Assembly: GCA_963664225.1 (NCBI GenBank)
Contig: OY760937.1
Span: 4,224,001-4,288,000, forward strand
Direction: 5' to 3'
DNA from: Verrucomicrobiia bacterium
GTDB taxonomy: Bacteria; Verrucomicrobiota; Verrucomicrobiia; Limisphaerales; UBA1319
DNA length: 64,000 bases
Under the pieces are notes generated by a model that ran no database searches, was not told the origin of the DNA, and saw only the letters and a list, made by a program, of their open reading frames with translations. Position 1 is the stretch's first letter. Each line of letters starts with the position of its first letter. Positions 39,601-50,791 of this stretch are shown here, piece after piece. Made by a program: the position numbers and the translations under genes.

Positions 39601-40196
39601 CCCTTCGGCTCCAGCTTGTCGATGCGCGCGCTGTCTTTGGGAGTTGGAAATGCAAGAACCGCAACGTCGCGATAATAGTCTTTTTTGGATTTGGGCTGCG
39701 GCAGCACGCCCTTGAATTGTTTGCCGCCAGCCACCTGCACCTCACTGGTCACGATCGTCTGCATGGCGTGCTCGGGCTTCACCCATGGGCCGCCGCTGGA
39801 GGACCACCCGGCGCAGTTGTGGAAGCAAATCTGCATGTCCAGGCGATCCGCCTCGGCCGCCGCAAAACGGAAAAGCTCCAGCCACTGCGGGCTCATGTAC
39901 GGCGCGGGTCCATCGGGAATACCCTCGGAGACGTTAAAGACCTCGACGCCATTGATGCCGACGTGCTTCATTGCTTCGAGATCGGCCGTGATGCCCTCCT
40001 TTGTGATATTGCCACTCATCCAATGCCACCAGGTCTGAGGCTTGGCCGATTCAGGCGGGGTGGCAAATTGCGCCGCCAGTTTTTCTCCGGGTTCGGCCGC
40101 GAGGCACTGGACACCCGCCGGGGCCAGAATTCCCAGGCTTAGAGCCGTCAAAAGCAGCCCGCTGGCCGCTCTTAATTTGTTTGTCATTTTTGTCAT
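36609..40196 (-). CDS. GH106-family alpha-L-rhamnosidase-like glycoside hydrolase
   Basis: PQTWWHWMSGNITKEGITADLE, GWSSSGGPW, IDSYE, GAESFT, VTNLWPNRLIGD and PSGLIGPV. Signal peptide. Confidence 0.9.
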   Translation of the reverse strand: MTKMTNKLRAASGLLLTALSLGILAPAGVQCLAAEPGEKLAAQFATPPESAKPQTWWHWMSGNITKEGITADLEAMKHVGINGVEVFNVSEGIPDGPAPYMSPQWLELFRFAAAEADRLDMQICFHNCAGWSSSGGPWVKPEHAMQTIVTSEVQVAGGKQFKGVLPQPKSKKDYYRDVAVLAFPTPKDSARIDKLEPKGLFGFAYEYGMQPDAKAISADAVVPRDRIIDLTSKLGAGGELTWDAPAGDWTILRVGHTPTGKENAPAPDAGRGLEIDKMSREAMDAHWADGIDPILKKLGPLAGKSVNGSLIDSYEVGCNNWTPKFREEFMKRRGYDPIPFLPALSGRYVDSGETTERFLWDFRRTIGDLFAENYYFYFSELCRKNGLMASMEPYDGPFECLQVAAKTDIVMGEFWAGGGESSSVSLAAQVAHTHGINIVGAESFTADPENGKWLNHPGSLKALGDLTWSQGLNRFIFHCYALQPWMDKVPGMTMGQWGTHFGRFNTWWEQSRAWYSYVTRGQTILQQGRPTADVLFFGGESAPNGGVHRPDLKAKGYDYDAIGTDLIGSLTVKDGMIMTPVGGAYRVLVLPNTTWMTPRLASIVRDLANAGATIIAPKPAKSPSLSDYPKADAEVAKIANEVWGGGTEEHAFGKGKVIPNRPVEEVLAAMSVKPDFIAVDKGARLAFIHRIVDDADVYFVSNQKARPESVECAFRVTGKLPELWDAETGQMQPAPLWRVAGDQTMVTLSLEQAGSVFVVFGKKAATQNDALVKLTYKPSAASARHLPKLVIRRAQYGAFSLGKSGLVDVTAKVAGQVRNGRVRVAASNELGGDPAANVVKEMRVEYVCGGKTNLVTVAEKNFLELPGKGETGPVQILRAFYGHFFESLKGLPTLKVVDVTDKLAGRVQDEMLAARADNELAGGDPAFMVPKELRVDYTIDGVAQQVSVQENQELRLPDDAWALLPPGPRVSMAQGNVVLAAAEAGTYTFSTTSGQEKTVEIASIPKSIEVTGPWPVSFQAGRGAPAQATLAQLISWPENADAGIKYFSGTAVYRKTVNIPAENLGANRILQLDLGRVQVIAEVGLNGKDLGILWKAPFRIDVTDAAKPGDNELEVRVTNLWPNRLIGDEQYPDDCEWNGITIKRWPDWLVKGEPRPVPQRVTFTTWKHWHKDSLLQPSGLIGPVVFRTLVQSPVK

Positions 40197-40355
40197 AAAA
40201 TTCTCCGCTTCCTTCGTGATATGGGCTTGGAACAGTGAAAGCCCGAAAGGGGAATGGGTCAATAAAGAATGGGGGAATTTCCCGGTGACAATCTGCTGGA
40301 AATTGTATCCACCAGGAATCGTTTTCGATAGGATTGGACGCAACGATTCTCAACA

Positions 40356-40775
40356 ATGAAAAGCTATACTGAACATCTTTGGTTTGAGGTTCCGGGACGA
40401 CGGGGATTTGTGAACATCACGGAAACGATTGTGGGGTTGGTTCGCAAGAGCGGCGTTCGCGAGGGCCTTTGTCTGGTCAACGCGATGCATATCACCGCGT
40501 CCGTCTTCATCAACGATGCGGAGGATGGACTTTTGCACGATTACGATGTGTGGCTGGAGAAACTCGCTCCGCATGCGCCGACTTCGCATTATCAACACAA
40601 CCGCACCGGGGAGGACAACGCGGATGCACACATGAAGCGACAGGTCATGGGTCGCGAGGTGGTGGTGGCCATCACAAATGGCAAACTCGATTTCGGTCCA
40701 TGGGAGCAAATCTTTTATGGCGAGTTCGACGGGAATCGACGCAAGCGGGTGCTGGCAAAGATCATTGGCGAATGA
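40356..40775 (+). CDS. yjbQ: YjbQ / UPF0047 family protein
   Basis: [13 protein letters not shown] and [15 protein letters not shown]. Confidence 0.92.
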   Translation: MKSYTEHLWFEVPGRRGFVNITETIVGLVRKSGVREGLCLVNAMHITASVFINDAEDGLLHDYDVWLEKLAPHAPTSHYQHNRTGEDNADAHMKRQVMGREVVVAITNGKLDFGPWEQIFYGEFDGNRRKRVLAKIIGE

Positions 40776-40894
40776 ACAACGTCACCGGGCAATAGATCGG
40801 CATACGACACCCTGAACGGGAGCGGGAAACTTCACCACAGGCGCAGAGGCACGGAGGGGGCATTGCTTCCCCTGAAATTTGTCCTGCGACTCTT

Positions 40895-43800
40895 TTAAAA
40901 TCCCTGAGTGGTTACGCGGTAAAAGCGCGCGGCGTTTTGGTTTGTGTCTTTGATTGAAATCATGCGGTTGGTCGGCTGGATAGGGCTGACGGAGAGGTCA
41001 ATCCATGCGTTGGTTGCCAGCGGGTTCAACTGGTCCTTGTATTGGAGACGATAGAGACGGCTGGCCTCGGCGGCGAATGTGAGGATGGGTAGTTTGTCCG
41101 TCGGGTCCAACTGGACTGCGAGATGGATGGTTGCGGGAGTGACGGATGTCACGACGCCCGGGGTGGGGGAGGCGGACTGCCAGTTTGCAGGATCGTTACC
41201 GTAGAGTTCGGGGTGAATGCGTTGGAGCGATGAGTTGGTGGTGACAAGGGGCCAGGGCGCCGTGGTTTCGTATCGCACCAGATCCTCCGAGAAGAAAGGT
41301 ATGCCGTTGGTTTCGGGGATTTCCGGAGCGCGCAGTTCGAGCGATTCGCCGTTGGTCTGCAATTGGCCGGTGTATTGGTAGATCTGAATTGCCGTCGGAA
41401 TATTCCGGGCAGTGCGGAAGATGGCAGGGTCGCCAGCGGTCAATAAAACCATGCCGCCGGACGGCATGGAAACGCCTTGGGGAAACACAAAACCCAGACC
41501 GTTCATGCGCCAGGTATTGGTCGGAATGGCGGGGTCGTAGAGAGGCACCGTTTTCTGCGAGATATTGAGCAATTCGACAAAAGGCGTTTCACCGGTCGCG
41601 GGAGCGTAATCAATCTCGCTGATGACGATGGGTCCAACGCGCGGGCCGGAATTCGTGGAGCCGCCGTTGCTCAAGGTGGCGGTGGCCTGGGGCGGGAATT
41701 GCTCGAGACCGACGCTGTTGATATAGCGGCCGAAGGTTTCCCCGCGGGCGGCTCCGGGCAAGGAGAAGCCGTGGCTGTAGCCCGTGAGTTCATGCGCGGC
41801 GTTACCGGAGAAGAGATAAACCTCGCCGCCCAGAGAATTGAGACGAAAGCTCGTGGCCAGGCCTGGGGGCGCGTTGAATTGAGATTCGTCAATGGTGAGG
41901 AACGCGCCGGCGTTCAGATTCGTGGCGTCTGGAATGCGGTATTTCCACGGATAGGAGGCGTCATCGGTTAGAAACCATCCACCGATATCGGCCGTGGTGG
42001 AGGTTGGATTCCATAGTTCGATGGCCTGTAACGCGGGCGCAATCGGATTGGAAAGAATCTCGTTGATGACGACATTGGGAATTGTGGTGGCGGGATCGAC
42101 TGTGCCAGGGGAACCGCCGGGTTGGGCGCTCGCGAGGTAATGCCCGGGATTGGATTCATCCAGCACGAGCGAGAATCCATAACCGCTGGCAGCGACCGGC
42201 CACGGGGCGCGGTTGCTGTAGGTGACCGAGAAAATCACATCGCCGAAGGGGTGACTCAGAGTGATCGTTTCCCCTGCATTATCCAGTTTGCCGGTATAGA
42301 GGCCTTGAACATTCAGACTGGGGTATTTGGACTGTAATGCGGCGATGTTACGGCCAAGCACAAAATACTGTCCCGGTTTAAGCGTGGTTCCGTTTGTAAA
42401 AGTGAAGGTGATTCCCGCAGTGAAGGTCAATCCGCTGAGATCGAGAGTATTTGTGCCCGTATTCTTGAGTTCGAGAAACTCCAGGTCGCTGCCATCCGTG
42501 GTTCCCGAGCTTGGGGGATTATACATGATTTCCGAAATCACCAGGTGCTTCTGGAGATCCGAGACGAGGTCCACCATGGACGGCGTGAACTCAATCGCCT
42601 GAGACCAGTTGCTCCAGCGACCGGTGTTGTCCTTGTAACGGACGCGCGTGCGGTAAACATGGTTGGGAAGCACACTCACGGCGGGAACTTTCATGAGATT
42701 CGTGAACGTCGTGATTTCCCCGGAATCCCAAACCGGATCCCACTCCATTTTGATTTGGGCGGGATCGGACGCGGGCGTGTTGGTGGGGGTGATTTCGGCC
42801 ACACGCCATTGCATGGCGGTAAAGGTCTGGCCGGCCTGGGAATTGGTGAAAGTGGTGGTTTGAAAGAGCAAACCAGACACGGCAAAACGGGCTGCGCCGA
42901 CGTAGGTGATTACCGGTCGTGCGGGAATGGTCGCGTCCGCAGCGAGGCCGTCCAGCCGGGTGATCCAGCCGCCCGCGCCGATGCTGGAACGATCCACCCA
43001 CCAGGGATGCGAGCCGCCCTTGAACATGAAGTCCTGCATGTCCTTAACATAGGCGTTAACTCCGCCGCTCAGGGCCGGGCTGACGAATCCCGCTCCGGAA
43101 CTGAGCGAAACGTAATTGCCGCCGGACGCCGGGGCGTTGGACCAGCGCATTAAATCCGCCGGAACGAAATCGCGGATTTGCGCGGCAAAGGCGTTGATGA
43201 GCGGGTTGATCTGGTCCGGTTGAAACACCAGGTCGCGCAGTTCACGAGCGGTGTTCGCATATTCGATTGCGAGATCGGGATGACTGGCGGCGAGGAAAAT
43301 TCCGTTAAACGTGAGGTCTTGTCCGCCGTTCCAGGTCGGGCCCCATGTGGAATCCGTATCCCAGGGGAGCGTCCAAAACCGTCCATGGAAATCGTTGGAA
43401 GCGGAATAGGGCGGTTCGAAATACCATGCCGCGTTTTTATTGGCGTCCGGCCAGAAATCATAATTTCGGACCGCCTCGCAAATCACATGGAAACGATACC
43501 ATTCGGTGCAATTGACATGGGCTTTGATCCAATCGGAAGTTTGGGCGCTGAGCAGGCCGCGTTGGATGGCGGCGCCGTCCGAGCCGTCGTTCACGGCCAG
43601 CGGACCCTGATAGCGTTGCTGGCCGAGCATGTCCAGACCGGCGTCGTAACTCATCGGGGCGTTGATCAATTTGTAGAGATTGCCCTTGGGCATTTTGTGG
43701 GCGTCGAGAAAACGTCCGTCGTAATCCTCCTGCGCCCAATTCAATCCCCAGAAATCACCGGCATACTGACTGGGCGCTTCGATTGCGCCAGTGATGACGC

Positions 43801-46800
43801 GGTAGTGGAAATAGAAGGTGTCGGGCGCGGGGACGCCGACCTTGTTCCAGAGAAAATAATTGACAGACTCGTTCAGGCTGAAGGTCGGCACCAACCGGTT
43901 GCTGGAGCCTTTGCCGGTCGTCAAATGGGTCCATTTGCGTGGGAAAAGCCGGCCGTTCTGGTCCTTGGCGGCCAGATAATGACCGCTGTTTAACGCGAAC
44001 CGCCAGTTGCGCTTGCCGGGTTGATAGCGACCATTGGCCCCGTGCAGACGATAGCGAATATGGTCATAGACCACGCCGTCATAGACGATGGTGCCGGGCC
44101 AGTTAAAGGCGTAACGCGAGAGGTGGGCCAGACCGGTGTTGGCAAATTGTGGGAGTTGATAGAAGCCATCGTAAGCCGCGCATTGGCTGATGTCCTGGGG
44201 CCGGGAAATCACAAAATACACGGGCAGGGTTTGCAGGGTTTGCGAGCTGACACCCTGATATGCGGGGATGCCGTCATAGACGAAACAGGCGAAATTGAGC
44301 GAGGGATCGTCCTCGAAAGGCGCGCGGCGGGAGGCTCCCGGAATATCGGTGATCACAACGCGGTAGCGGACGAGCGAGCGATTGGCCTGGGGCGGGATCA
44401 CGGCGGTGTAAATGTCATCCGCGGCCACGGCGTCGCCATTGGAGCCATCGTCGACCATGGGCAGCGTGGTCCAATTGGTGGGATTATCGAAAGCGGGATT
44501 CGGAGTCGGTTCGAGACTGGGATTGGCGATGAGGCTGCTAACGGGGACCGGCAGGACCGAGGGGAGATAGAAGCCCGGGGCGACCACCTGGTATTGCAGT
44601 TGGACAGAAGCGACGCCATCCGGGTCGGTGACTTTCGCGGTCACGACGATTTGATTGGTCGAGGCCGGGCTTTGCGGCGTGTGGCGCACCTGACGGATGT
44701 TCGGGGGCGGATTCGCGGAAAGAACCGCATTCGTGTGGCCGGGTGTGCATGGCAACTCGACACGCCATGAACTGCCCAGATTGTTATCCAAAGAGGGATT
44801 GACCAGGGCGATCGATCCGCCCTCAGTGAGAATGGACCATGGAAACTCAGAGGTGTAACTGACCTCATTGAATTTCTTACCATTGGCGTTCAAAAGAGTG
44901 ATGGTCTCGCCATCGCTGGACAGGCTGCCGGTCCACGGTCCAAGCGCGGTAATGCCGTAACGGGATTGAATGGTGGACGGACTTTTCGCCACCACCAAAA
45001 ATCCGCCACCGGGAATCACCTGACCCGAAGGGATGACAAAGCTAACGCCGCCTGTGATCTGCCAGAGCGAGACATCGATGGGATCGGGGGATGGGTTGTG
45101 GAGCTCGATGAACTCTTCGGGGATTGTATTGTCCGGCGGGTTGTAATGGATTTCGTTGATGACCACATTCTGCGGAATAATGACTACCGACAAATTAAAG
45201 GTTTGTTCCAGCGACAGGCCGGAACTGTCGGTTGCGCGGACACGAATGGAAAAAGTGCGGCCCAAATCACCGGAATAGATTGCGCTGGTTTTTAGCTGGC
45301 TGCCATCGATTGCAAATTGGGCGTTATCGGCCTGGCCGGGCACCAGAAGAAAGGTGTGCGTGTCCCCGGGATTAATATCCACCGCACGCAGGAAGGCGAT
45401 GGGCGATCCGGGTGTGGCCGCGGCGCTGATATTGGTGGTGCTGAGGACAATGGCCGAGGGCGGGGCGGGTGCGGCCAATACGCGCAGTGAGACCGTGGCG
45501 GGCGGGGAATCGAATTCGCCATCGCTGACCTTGAAAGTGAATTGATCATTGCCGACGAAATTCGTGTTGGGAAGGTAGGACAAATTGGGCGGCGTGCCAC
45601 TCAGGGTTCCGTGGGAGGGCGGTGCAATGACGGTGTAAGTAAGATTGCTACCTTGAGGATCGGAACCGGTCAGGGTGATGGCGCAGGGCGTGTTGGCGGA
45701 TGCGTTAAGGGTCTGGTTGTTGGCGGTGGGGATGCCCTGGTCCACCGCGACGGTTACCTGGGAGAACTTCAGACCCAGAGAGTTCGTGGCAATCAGCGTG
45801 TAGGTGATATTGGTTCGCGGGAACACATCGAGGCTGCCGATGGCATTGGTGATTGAGTTCGTCAGGGGATCGATTGTGAGAAAAGTGGCATTGGTCACGT
45901 TCCACGCCAGAGTGACCGGCTGGCCAATGTAGATCTGGTTGGTGCTGGCGGTGAAGGAATTGATCGTGGGCCGGCCCAGTATGATATGGGCATCGGTGAG
46001 ATCAGAGATGATTTGAACGGCCGCAGCCGGTTCGAGATAGGCGTCGTAAAACCGAATTTCCACCAGGTCGCCAGAGAATCGCCGCGTGCTTCCTCCCTCA
46101 CCGGTGTGGATGGAGCCAATGGAGAAACCCGCATCGTTGCGCGGGGTTTGGGACTGAGTTGCCACGGCATCGATATATAGATTGTCGATGACGATATACT
46201 GCATGCCGGGCCCCCATGTCAGAACGGCGGCATGGTATTTCCCATCCACCAGAGAAGGCGCGCTGCCGGAGTAAACCGTATTATCCGGGCCGCCGATACC
46301 CAGGCCGAGGTGTCCGTTTTCGTCAATGACCGTGCCCCAGTCCTGCGTCACGCCGCCTTGTTCCGCGTCCACGATGCCACTCTTGCCATACCATTGAGAG
46401 CTGCCATTGGCGCCCGGGGCATCGGCCTTGAACACGAAGGCGATTGAGAAATTGGTGAGTCCGGCCACGGGACTATCCTGGTAGGTCTTTAACCAGTTGC
46501 GGTTGAATCGGACTGCGGAACTGCCGGTGGGTGTGGCTCCTTTTCTGAGCAACGGCTGCTCTGCGATGGCAGCCGTCAAAGTACGGTTATTGGTGCTGGT
46601 CCAACTGCCCACGGCGTCACCATCGTTAAGGATGTCCAGGTCGCTTGCCTTCCAGACATCGACCAGATTTGCGCCGCCCGCCGAATGCGGGCAGGCGCAG
46701 AGAAGGGTCAGAAGAAACAGGGATGAAAAAAACGCATGCAACTTGGCGATGGAAGGGAGCGACCCTGTTGACTGGCTTTTTCGAGACCGAAGAAAATTCA

Positions 46801-46807
46801 AAATCAT
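40895..46807 (-). CDS. Large secreted protein: LamG-like, Ig/cadherin-like, multiple lamin-tail domains and CotH kinase domain
   Basis: VINEIHYNP/ISEIMYNP...EFIELxN (LTD), DQFTFKVSDG, and CotH-like RNYD...NKN...PWDTD. Confidence 0.85.
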   Translation of the reverse strand: MILNFLRSRKSQSTGSLPSIAKLHAFFSSLFLLTLLCACPHSAGGANLVDVWKASDLDILNDGDAVGSWTSTNNRTLTAAIAEQPLLRKGATPTGSSAVRFNRNWLKTYQDSPVAGLTNFSIAFVFKADAPGANGSSQWYGKSGIVDAEQGGVTQDWGTVIDENGHLGLGIGGPDNTVYSGSAPSLVDGKYHAAVLTWGPGMQYIVIDNLYIDAVATQSQTPRNDAGFSIGSIHTGEGGSTRRFSGDLVEIRFYDAYLEPAAAVQIISDLTDAHIILGRPTINSFTASTNQIYIGQPVTLAWNVTNATFLTIDPLTNSITNAIGSLDVFPRTNITYTLIATNSLGLKFSQVTVAVDQGIPTANNQTLNASANTPCAITLTGSDPQGSNLTYTVIAPPSHGTLSGTPPNLSYLPNTNFVGNDQFTFKVSDGEFDSPPATVSLRVLAAPAPPSAIVLSTTNISAAATPGSPIAFLRAVDINPGDTHTFLLVPGQADNAQFAIDGSQLKTSAIYSGDLGRTFSIRVRATDSSGLSLEQTFNLSVVIIPQNVVINEIHYNPPDNTIPEEFIELHNPSPDPIDVSLWQITGGVSFVIPSGQVIPGGGFLVVAKSPSTIQSRYGITALGPWTGSLSSDGETITLLNANGKKFNEVSYTSEFPWSILTEGGSIALVNPSLDNNLGSSWRVELPCTPGHTNAVLSANPPPNIRQVRHTPQSPASTNQIVVTAKVTDPDGVASVQLQYQVVAPGFYLPSVLPVPVSSLIANPSLEPTPNPAFDNPTNWTTLPMVDDGSNGDAVAADDIYTAVIPPQANRSLVRYRVVITDIPGASRRAPFEDDPSLNFACFVYDGIPAYQGVSSQTLQTLPVYFVISRPQDISQCAAYDGFYQLPQFANTGLAHLSRYAFNWPGTIVYDGVVYDHIRYRLHGANGRYQPGKRNWRFALNSGHYLAAKDQNGRLFPRKWTHLTTGKGSSNRLVPTFSLNESVNYFLWNKVGVPAPDTFYFHYRVITGAIEAPSQYAGDFWGLNWAQEDYDGRFLDAHKMPKGNLYKLINAPMSYDAGLDMLGQQRYQGPLAVNDGSDGAAIQRGLLSAQTSDWIKAHVNCTEWYRFHVICEAVRNYDFWPDANKNAAWYFEPPYSASNDFHGRFWTLPWDTDSTWGPTWNGGQDLTFNGIFLAASHPDLAIEYANTARELRDLVFQPDQINPLINAFAAQIRDFVPADLMRWSNAPASGGNYVSLSSGAGFVSPALSGGVNAYVKDMQDFMFKGGSHPWWVDRSSIGAGGWITRLDGLAADATIPARPVITYVGAARFAVSGLLFQTTTFTNSQAGQTFTAMQWRVAEITPTNTPASDPAQIKMEWDPVWDSGEITTFTNLMKVPAVSVLPNHVYRTRVRYKDNTGRWSNWSQAIEFTPSMVDLVSDLQKHLVISEIMYNPPSSGTTDGSDLEFLELKNTGTNTLDLSGLTFTAGITFTFTNGTTLKPGQYFVLGRNIAALQSKYPSLNVQGLYTGKLDNAGETITLSHPFGDVIFSVTYSNRAPWPVAASGYGFSLVLDESNPGHYLASAQPGGSPGTVDPATTIPNVVINEILSNPIAPALQAIELWNPTSTTADIGGWFLTDDASYPWKYRIPDATNLNAGAFLTIDESQFNAPPGLATSFRLNSLGGEVYLFSGNAAHELTGYSHGFSLPGAARGETFGRYINSVGLEQFPPQATATLSNGGSTNSGPRVGPIVISEIDYAPATGETPFVELLNISQKTVPLYDPAIPTNTWRMNGLGFVFPQGVSMPSGGMVLLTAGDPAIFRTARNIPTAIQIYQYTGQLQTNGESLELRAPEIPETNGIPFFSEDLVRYETTAPWPLVTTNSSLQRIHPELYGNDPANWQSASPTPGVVTSVTPATIHLAVQLDPTDKLPILTFAAEASRLYRLQYKDQLNPLATNAWIDLSVSPIQPTNRMISIKDTNQNAARFYRVTTQGF

Positions 46808-46894
46808 TACCGCAAAGAGTTATGTGTTTATCGTATCCGCCTGAATATGGTCCGCGCCCGGAGGAAATACACGACCCAAATACACCGATGCACT

Positions 46895-46932
46895 AAAAAG
46901 ATGGCCGGAGCCAAGGCCCCGGCCATCGTTTT
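46895..46932. terminator. Intrinsic terminator
   Basis: A5-GATGGCCGG-10-CCGGCCATC-GTTTT, downstream of the 46952 stop. Confidence 0.75.
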
Positions 46933-46951
46933 CCCGAATTCCCAACCAATG

Positions 46952-49900
46952 CTATTGTACCAGGACTCGGAAGAACTTATTACCAATGGAGATGTTGTTG
47001 GTATAAGGCGATGCGGCTCCAGTGACTGCCGACCAGACCGCGTTGGTTCCCACCACATCCGCCGACTGCAGGCTGCCCTGCGCCCAGTTGAGGATGTAGT
47101 TGGTCCCCGTCCGCTGGAACTGCAGTGTCACCGAGGTCGGTGTCACTGGTTTTCCACCGGCCGCCACATAATGGAGGCGGGCCTGCGCCTCATTGAAAGC
47201 GTTGGTGTAAATGGCCACTTCGTCGATCAATCCGATGTATTGGGCATTTACCGCGTCACCCAATTGGGTGACTCCCAGATACTGGATCGTGGAATCAAGA
47301 TCCTGGCCACTCGTGAATCCGGCCGGAGTGGTCGTTTCGATGGTTTTGCCCCCCATGGTCGCTCCGCCATCCAGATAGAGTCGGGAGATGCAGGGGCTGT
47401 TGGTGTGCCAGATCTTGCTCATCACCACATGATGCCATTTGCCATCCGTGGCGTAACCGTTGGTGATGTGGGCGTCATGCAGGTCGGAGGTGCTGAAGAT
47501 GAAGTCTCCGAGGTTATTGAAGTTGCCCCAATACATGTCGCCGTCACCCGGGCTTTCATGGGCGAGAATCGAGGGATTCTGCCAGGTATTGTTGCCATTG
47601 CTGCCCTTGAGGGTGGTATTAATCCAATATTCCACCGTGGTGGCTTTGCCTTCCTCGATATCGATTGTCGCTCCACCCGCATCCTGACGGAAGTTGACCA
47701 GTTCGGTTAGCGGTTGACCGAAGTCGATGTATTTGGTGCTCGTGGTGCCGGCGGCAGGCCCGGTGAATTCCATGGCCTTGCCCAAGTTGGTAAAGGCGCT
47801 GGTCTTGGCCAGGTCCGCATCCAGAATGCCACCACCGAACATGATGGTGAAGTTAGTAGCCGCCGATCCGTTATCGGTCAACGGGTTCGCCACCGTGGTT
47901 TCATCGAAACGCAGCCAGTGGGTCGGTTTGTCGGCCATGACTGCGGCCTCGTAGGTTGCCGGAACGACGGGGAAGCTGGCCGCACTATTGGGATTTGTGC
48001 CCAGTTGGATTTCATCCCGGTCGCTAAAGCCGTCACCATCCGTATCCCGTTTCAAGGGGCTGGTGCCGGTGTCGGTGGCGCTGACAAATGTGCCGGTATT
48101 GCTTTCCACACCGTCCAAGAGACCATCGGCATCCGTGTCGGGATTGAGCGGATTGGTGCCCGTGTTGGTGGCGCTGACCCAGACGCCCGTGTTGGTTTCG
48201 ACGCCGTCCTTGAGACCGTCGCCATCGGTATCCGGGTTTTGCGGATCGGTGCCCAGCTTATACTCCTGAAGGTTGGTCAGGCCGTCGCTGTCCTTGTCCA
48301 GGCTGGCATCGTTGACGTTCGGATCGAGTCCGTTGCTCAGCTCGTAAGCGTCGGGCATGCCGTCGCCGTCTGTATCGCCGAAATACACGGAACGATAATG
48401 CGTGCGCACCTCGGTGGGAGAGAGAGCGCGATCATAAATGGTCACTTCATCGAGTTTCCCGATAAACTGGACATCCGTTTGCTCTCCATTTTGGGTGAAG
48501 CCAATATAACGAATGGCGCTATCGGTATCCTGATAACTCACATTGCCAGCCGCCGTCGTGGCAGTGAGGGTTGCGCCGCCTTCATTTGTGCCGCCATCGA
48601 TGTACATTCTCGAGACGCAAGGCAGGCTCACATGCCATTCCTTGACCATGACAATATGGTGCCATTGGCCGTCGGTGACCCTTTTATTCGAGCTATTGGC
48701 GTGAATATCATGCAGGTCGGAGGTGCTGAAGATGAAGTCACCGCTCGAATTGATATTGCCCCAATACATGTCGCCGTCTCCAGGGCTCTCGTGGGCAAGA
48801 ATCGCGGGATTCTGCCAGGTATTATTGCCATGAGTGCCGATCTGGGAAGTGCGGACCCAATATTCGACAGTCGTGGTTTTGTCCACGGCCGGGGGGCGAT
48901 AGTTCACGAGTTCGGGGATGTCCTGTCCCATATCGACAAATTTTGTCGTGGCATTGTTTGCCGCAGGACCGGTGAATTCGACCGCGTTACCCAACGCAGG
49001 CACGATGGAGGTTACCAGGTTTGTGGGGTCGATACCCGCGCCATAGGCGCCGTTGAACGTTGCGCCTGCAGTGCCTGAGTTGACTGCCGGCTGCGTGGGA
49101 TTCGTTTCATTGAAGCGGTACCAGTACAGGGGGGCCGAGTGTGTGATTTCCTGGGACCAATTTCCAACGGGGGGCTGGCTCTTGGCATCGTTGGGATCGG
49201 AACCTGCGGCCACTTCGCCGAAATCATCCCAACCATCGCCATCGGTGTCCGTCTTCAATGGATTGCTTCCGGTGTCGCTGGCGCTCACGAATTTGCCGGT
49301 GTTGGTTTCCACACCGTCCTTGAGTCCGTCACCATCCGTGTCGGGATTGAGCGGGTTGGTGCCAGTGTCCGTTGCGCTGACCCATACGCCCGTGCCCGTT
49401 TCCGCGCCATCCTTGATCCCGTCGTTATCCGTATCAGGATTATTGGGCAGAGTGCCTTTCTGGAATTCCTGGAGGTTGGTCAAACCGTCGGCATCCAGAT
49501 CCAGATTCGCGTCATTCACATTGGGATTGAGTCCGTAACGGATTTCCCACCAGTCGGGCAAACCGTCGCCATCCGTATCCATCAGGTTGAATTGAGTCTT
49601 TTCAGCATCAAACTGGGTTTGAATCTGGGCATCGGTCAGCGTTGTGTCGGAGATGCGAATCTTGGCGATCACGTTGGTGCCAATGCCTGAAACGCTGGGA
49701 AAGCCGTTGTTGTCCGACTGACGGGCCACGCGGAAGGGAAGCGGGAAACCGTTAAGATCGGTGTTAAAGGTGCTCAAGGGGACGGTATTCGTTTGGGCCT
49801 TATTCAGAGCGCCGTCCTTATACAGCCTTTCAACCATTGTGGCGGAATCGTATGTGAAAACAATGTAAGTCCACCTTGAAAACGTCACATTGGTGAAGCC

Positions 49901-50422
49901 GATATCCGCAAATCCCCATCCGCCAAGGCCCCCCCATGTGGGATTGGTGCCGTGACCAAAAGTGCAATTGGAACCGTCGGGCGTGCCACCGCGATGCCCC
50001 CAGGCAACGACTGTTTTTTCATCCTGCGCAGAGGGATCCCAGACCCAGGCCTCGATGGACCGGCTTGCATTGCCACAAATCGAGTCCGGCGCGATCGGGC
50101 CGACGTATGACGTGCCGGTATCCCCGGTGGTGCTGCCGCCCGCAAAGGCCACGGCTTTGACACCATCGACCGTGATTACTTCAGGCACATCGGCCACAAC
50201 GTTGAAGTCCCCGGTCAGGGTTCCGGTATTGAGCCATACGCTCAAGGGCCCCACGGGCTGGCTTGTGGCATCGAGGTTGATGATTGGCGCGCCGTGGGAC
50301 ATCGAAACTCCCATGCCCAGCGACACCATTACGGCCAGGTGCCTGGCTTTGCGGCCGAGCGACCATGGACGGGCCGCAGTCTTCGCTGCGCGCCTCCAAT
50401 TTGCTTTCAGTTTTTTTTGCAT
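46952..50422 (-). CDS. Secreted protein with three LamG-like domains and DxDxDG calcium-binding (TSP3-like) repeats
   Basis: Repeated [16 protein letters not shown]...[13 protein letters not shown]...[12 protein letters not shown]. Start chosen at MQKK. Confidence 0.85.
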   Translation of the reverse strand: MQKKLKANWRRAAKTAARPWSLGRKARHLAVMVSLGMGVSMSHGAPIINLDATSQPVGPLSVWLNTGTLTGDFNVVADVPEVITVDGVKAVAFAGGSTTGDTGTSYVGPIAPDSICGNASRSIEAWVWDPSAQDEKTVVAWGHRGGTPDGSNCTFGHGTNPTWGGLGGWGFADIGFTNVTFSRWTYIVFTYDSATMVERLYKDGALNKAQTNTVPLSTFNTDLNGFPLPFRVARQSDNNGFPSVSGIGTNVIAKIRISDTTLTDAQIQTQFDAEKTQFNLMDTDGDGLPDWWEIRYGLNPNVNDANLDLDADGLTNLQEFQKGTLPNNPDTDNDGIKDGAETGTGVWVSATDTGTNPLNPDTDGDGLKDGVETNTGKFVSASDTGSNPLKTDTDGDGWDDFGEVAAGSDPNDAKSQPPVGNWSQEITHSAPLYWYRFNETNPTQPAVNSGTAGATFNGAYGAGIDPTNLVTSIVPALGNAVEFTGPAANNATTKFVDMGQDIPELVNYRPPAVDKTTTVEYWVRTSQIGTHGNNTWQNPAILAHESPGDGDMYWGNINSSGDFIFSTSDLHDIHANSSNKRVTDGQWHHIVMVKEWHVSLPCVSRMYIDGGTNEGGATLTATTAAGNVSYQDTDSAIRYIGFTQNGEQTDVQFIGKLDEVTIYDRALSPTEVRTHYRSVYFGDTDGDGMPDAYELSNGLDPNVNDASLDKDSDGLTNLQEYKLGTDPQNPDTDGDGLKDGVETNTGVWVSATNTGTNPLNPDTDADGLLDGVESNTGTFVSATDTGTSPLKRDTDGDGFSDRDEIQLGTNPNSAASFPVVPATYEAAVMADKPTHWLRFDETTVANPLTDNGSAATNFTIMFGGGILDADLAKTSAFTNLGKAMEFTGPAAGTTSTKYIDFGQPLTELVNFRQDAGGATIDIEEGKATTVEYWINTTLKGSNGNNTWQNPSILAHESPGDGDMYWGNFNNLGDFIFSTSDLHDAHITNGYATDGKWHHVVMSKIWHTNSPCISRLYLDGGATMGGKTIETTTPAGFTSGQDLDSTIQYLGVTQLGDAVNAQYIGLIDEVAIYTNAFNEAQARLHYVAAGGKPVTPTSVTLQFQRTGTNYILNWAQGSLQSADVVGTNAVWSAVTGAASPYTNNISIGNKFFRVLVQ

Positions 50423-50717
50423 AAGATTTCTTTGCTGGATGAACGGTGATTGATGCGGTACTTCGATCAGGAACTCCAATCGGCCACGGAACACAAACGT
50501 TGGGCGAAATCTCCAAAAGAATGGAATCTCCATGTTGCCGTCCCCAATTCGGGGGCAAATAATGAAGGCATGCGCTTCATGGTTATTGCACCGGATATAC
50601 GCATTGCATTTCAAACGCTTGCATCCGCGGTTTTTGTTGGTTGTATAGGAATGAATACCACGAATGCCCTTCATTCGTCATGTAGCATGAAGTGGGGACA
50701 CGACGAGGGCTAAAATA

Positions 50718-50757
50718 CGAAGCCCCAGCGCCATTGGAAAGGCAGCCGGGGCTCGTC
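50718..50757 (-). terminator. Probable terminator hairpin after the 2503-aa gene
   Basis: Minus strand ACGAGCCCCGGC...GCTGGGGCTTCGT followed by ATTTT. Confidence 0.5.
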
Positions 50758-50791
50758 AGAGATCAGTGCTCCAATGACTGGCAACCGCGGT

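Noticed and set aside
50478..50504. Second sigma28 promoter upstream of the LamG gene (GCCGATTG on the minus strand)
   Set aside because: The -35 position reads CCAA rather than TAAA, too weak to call.
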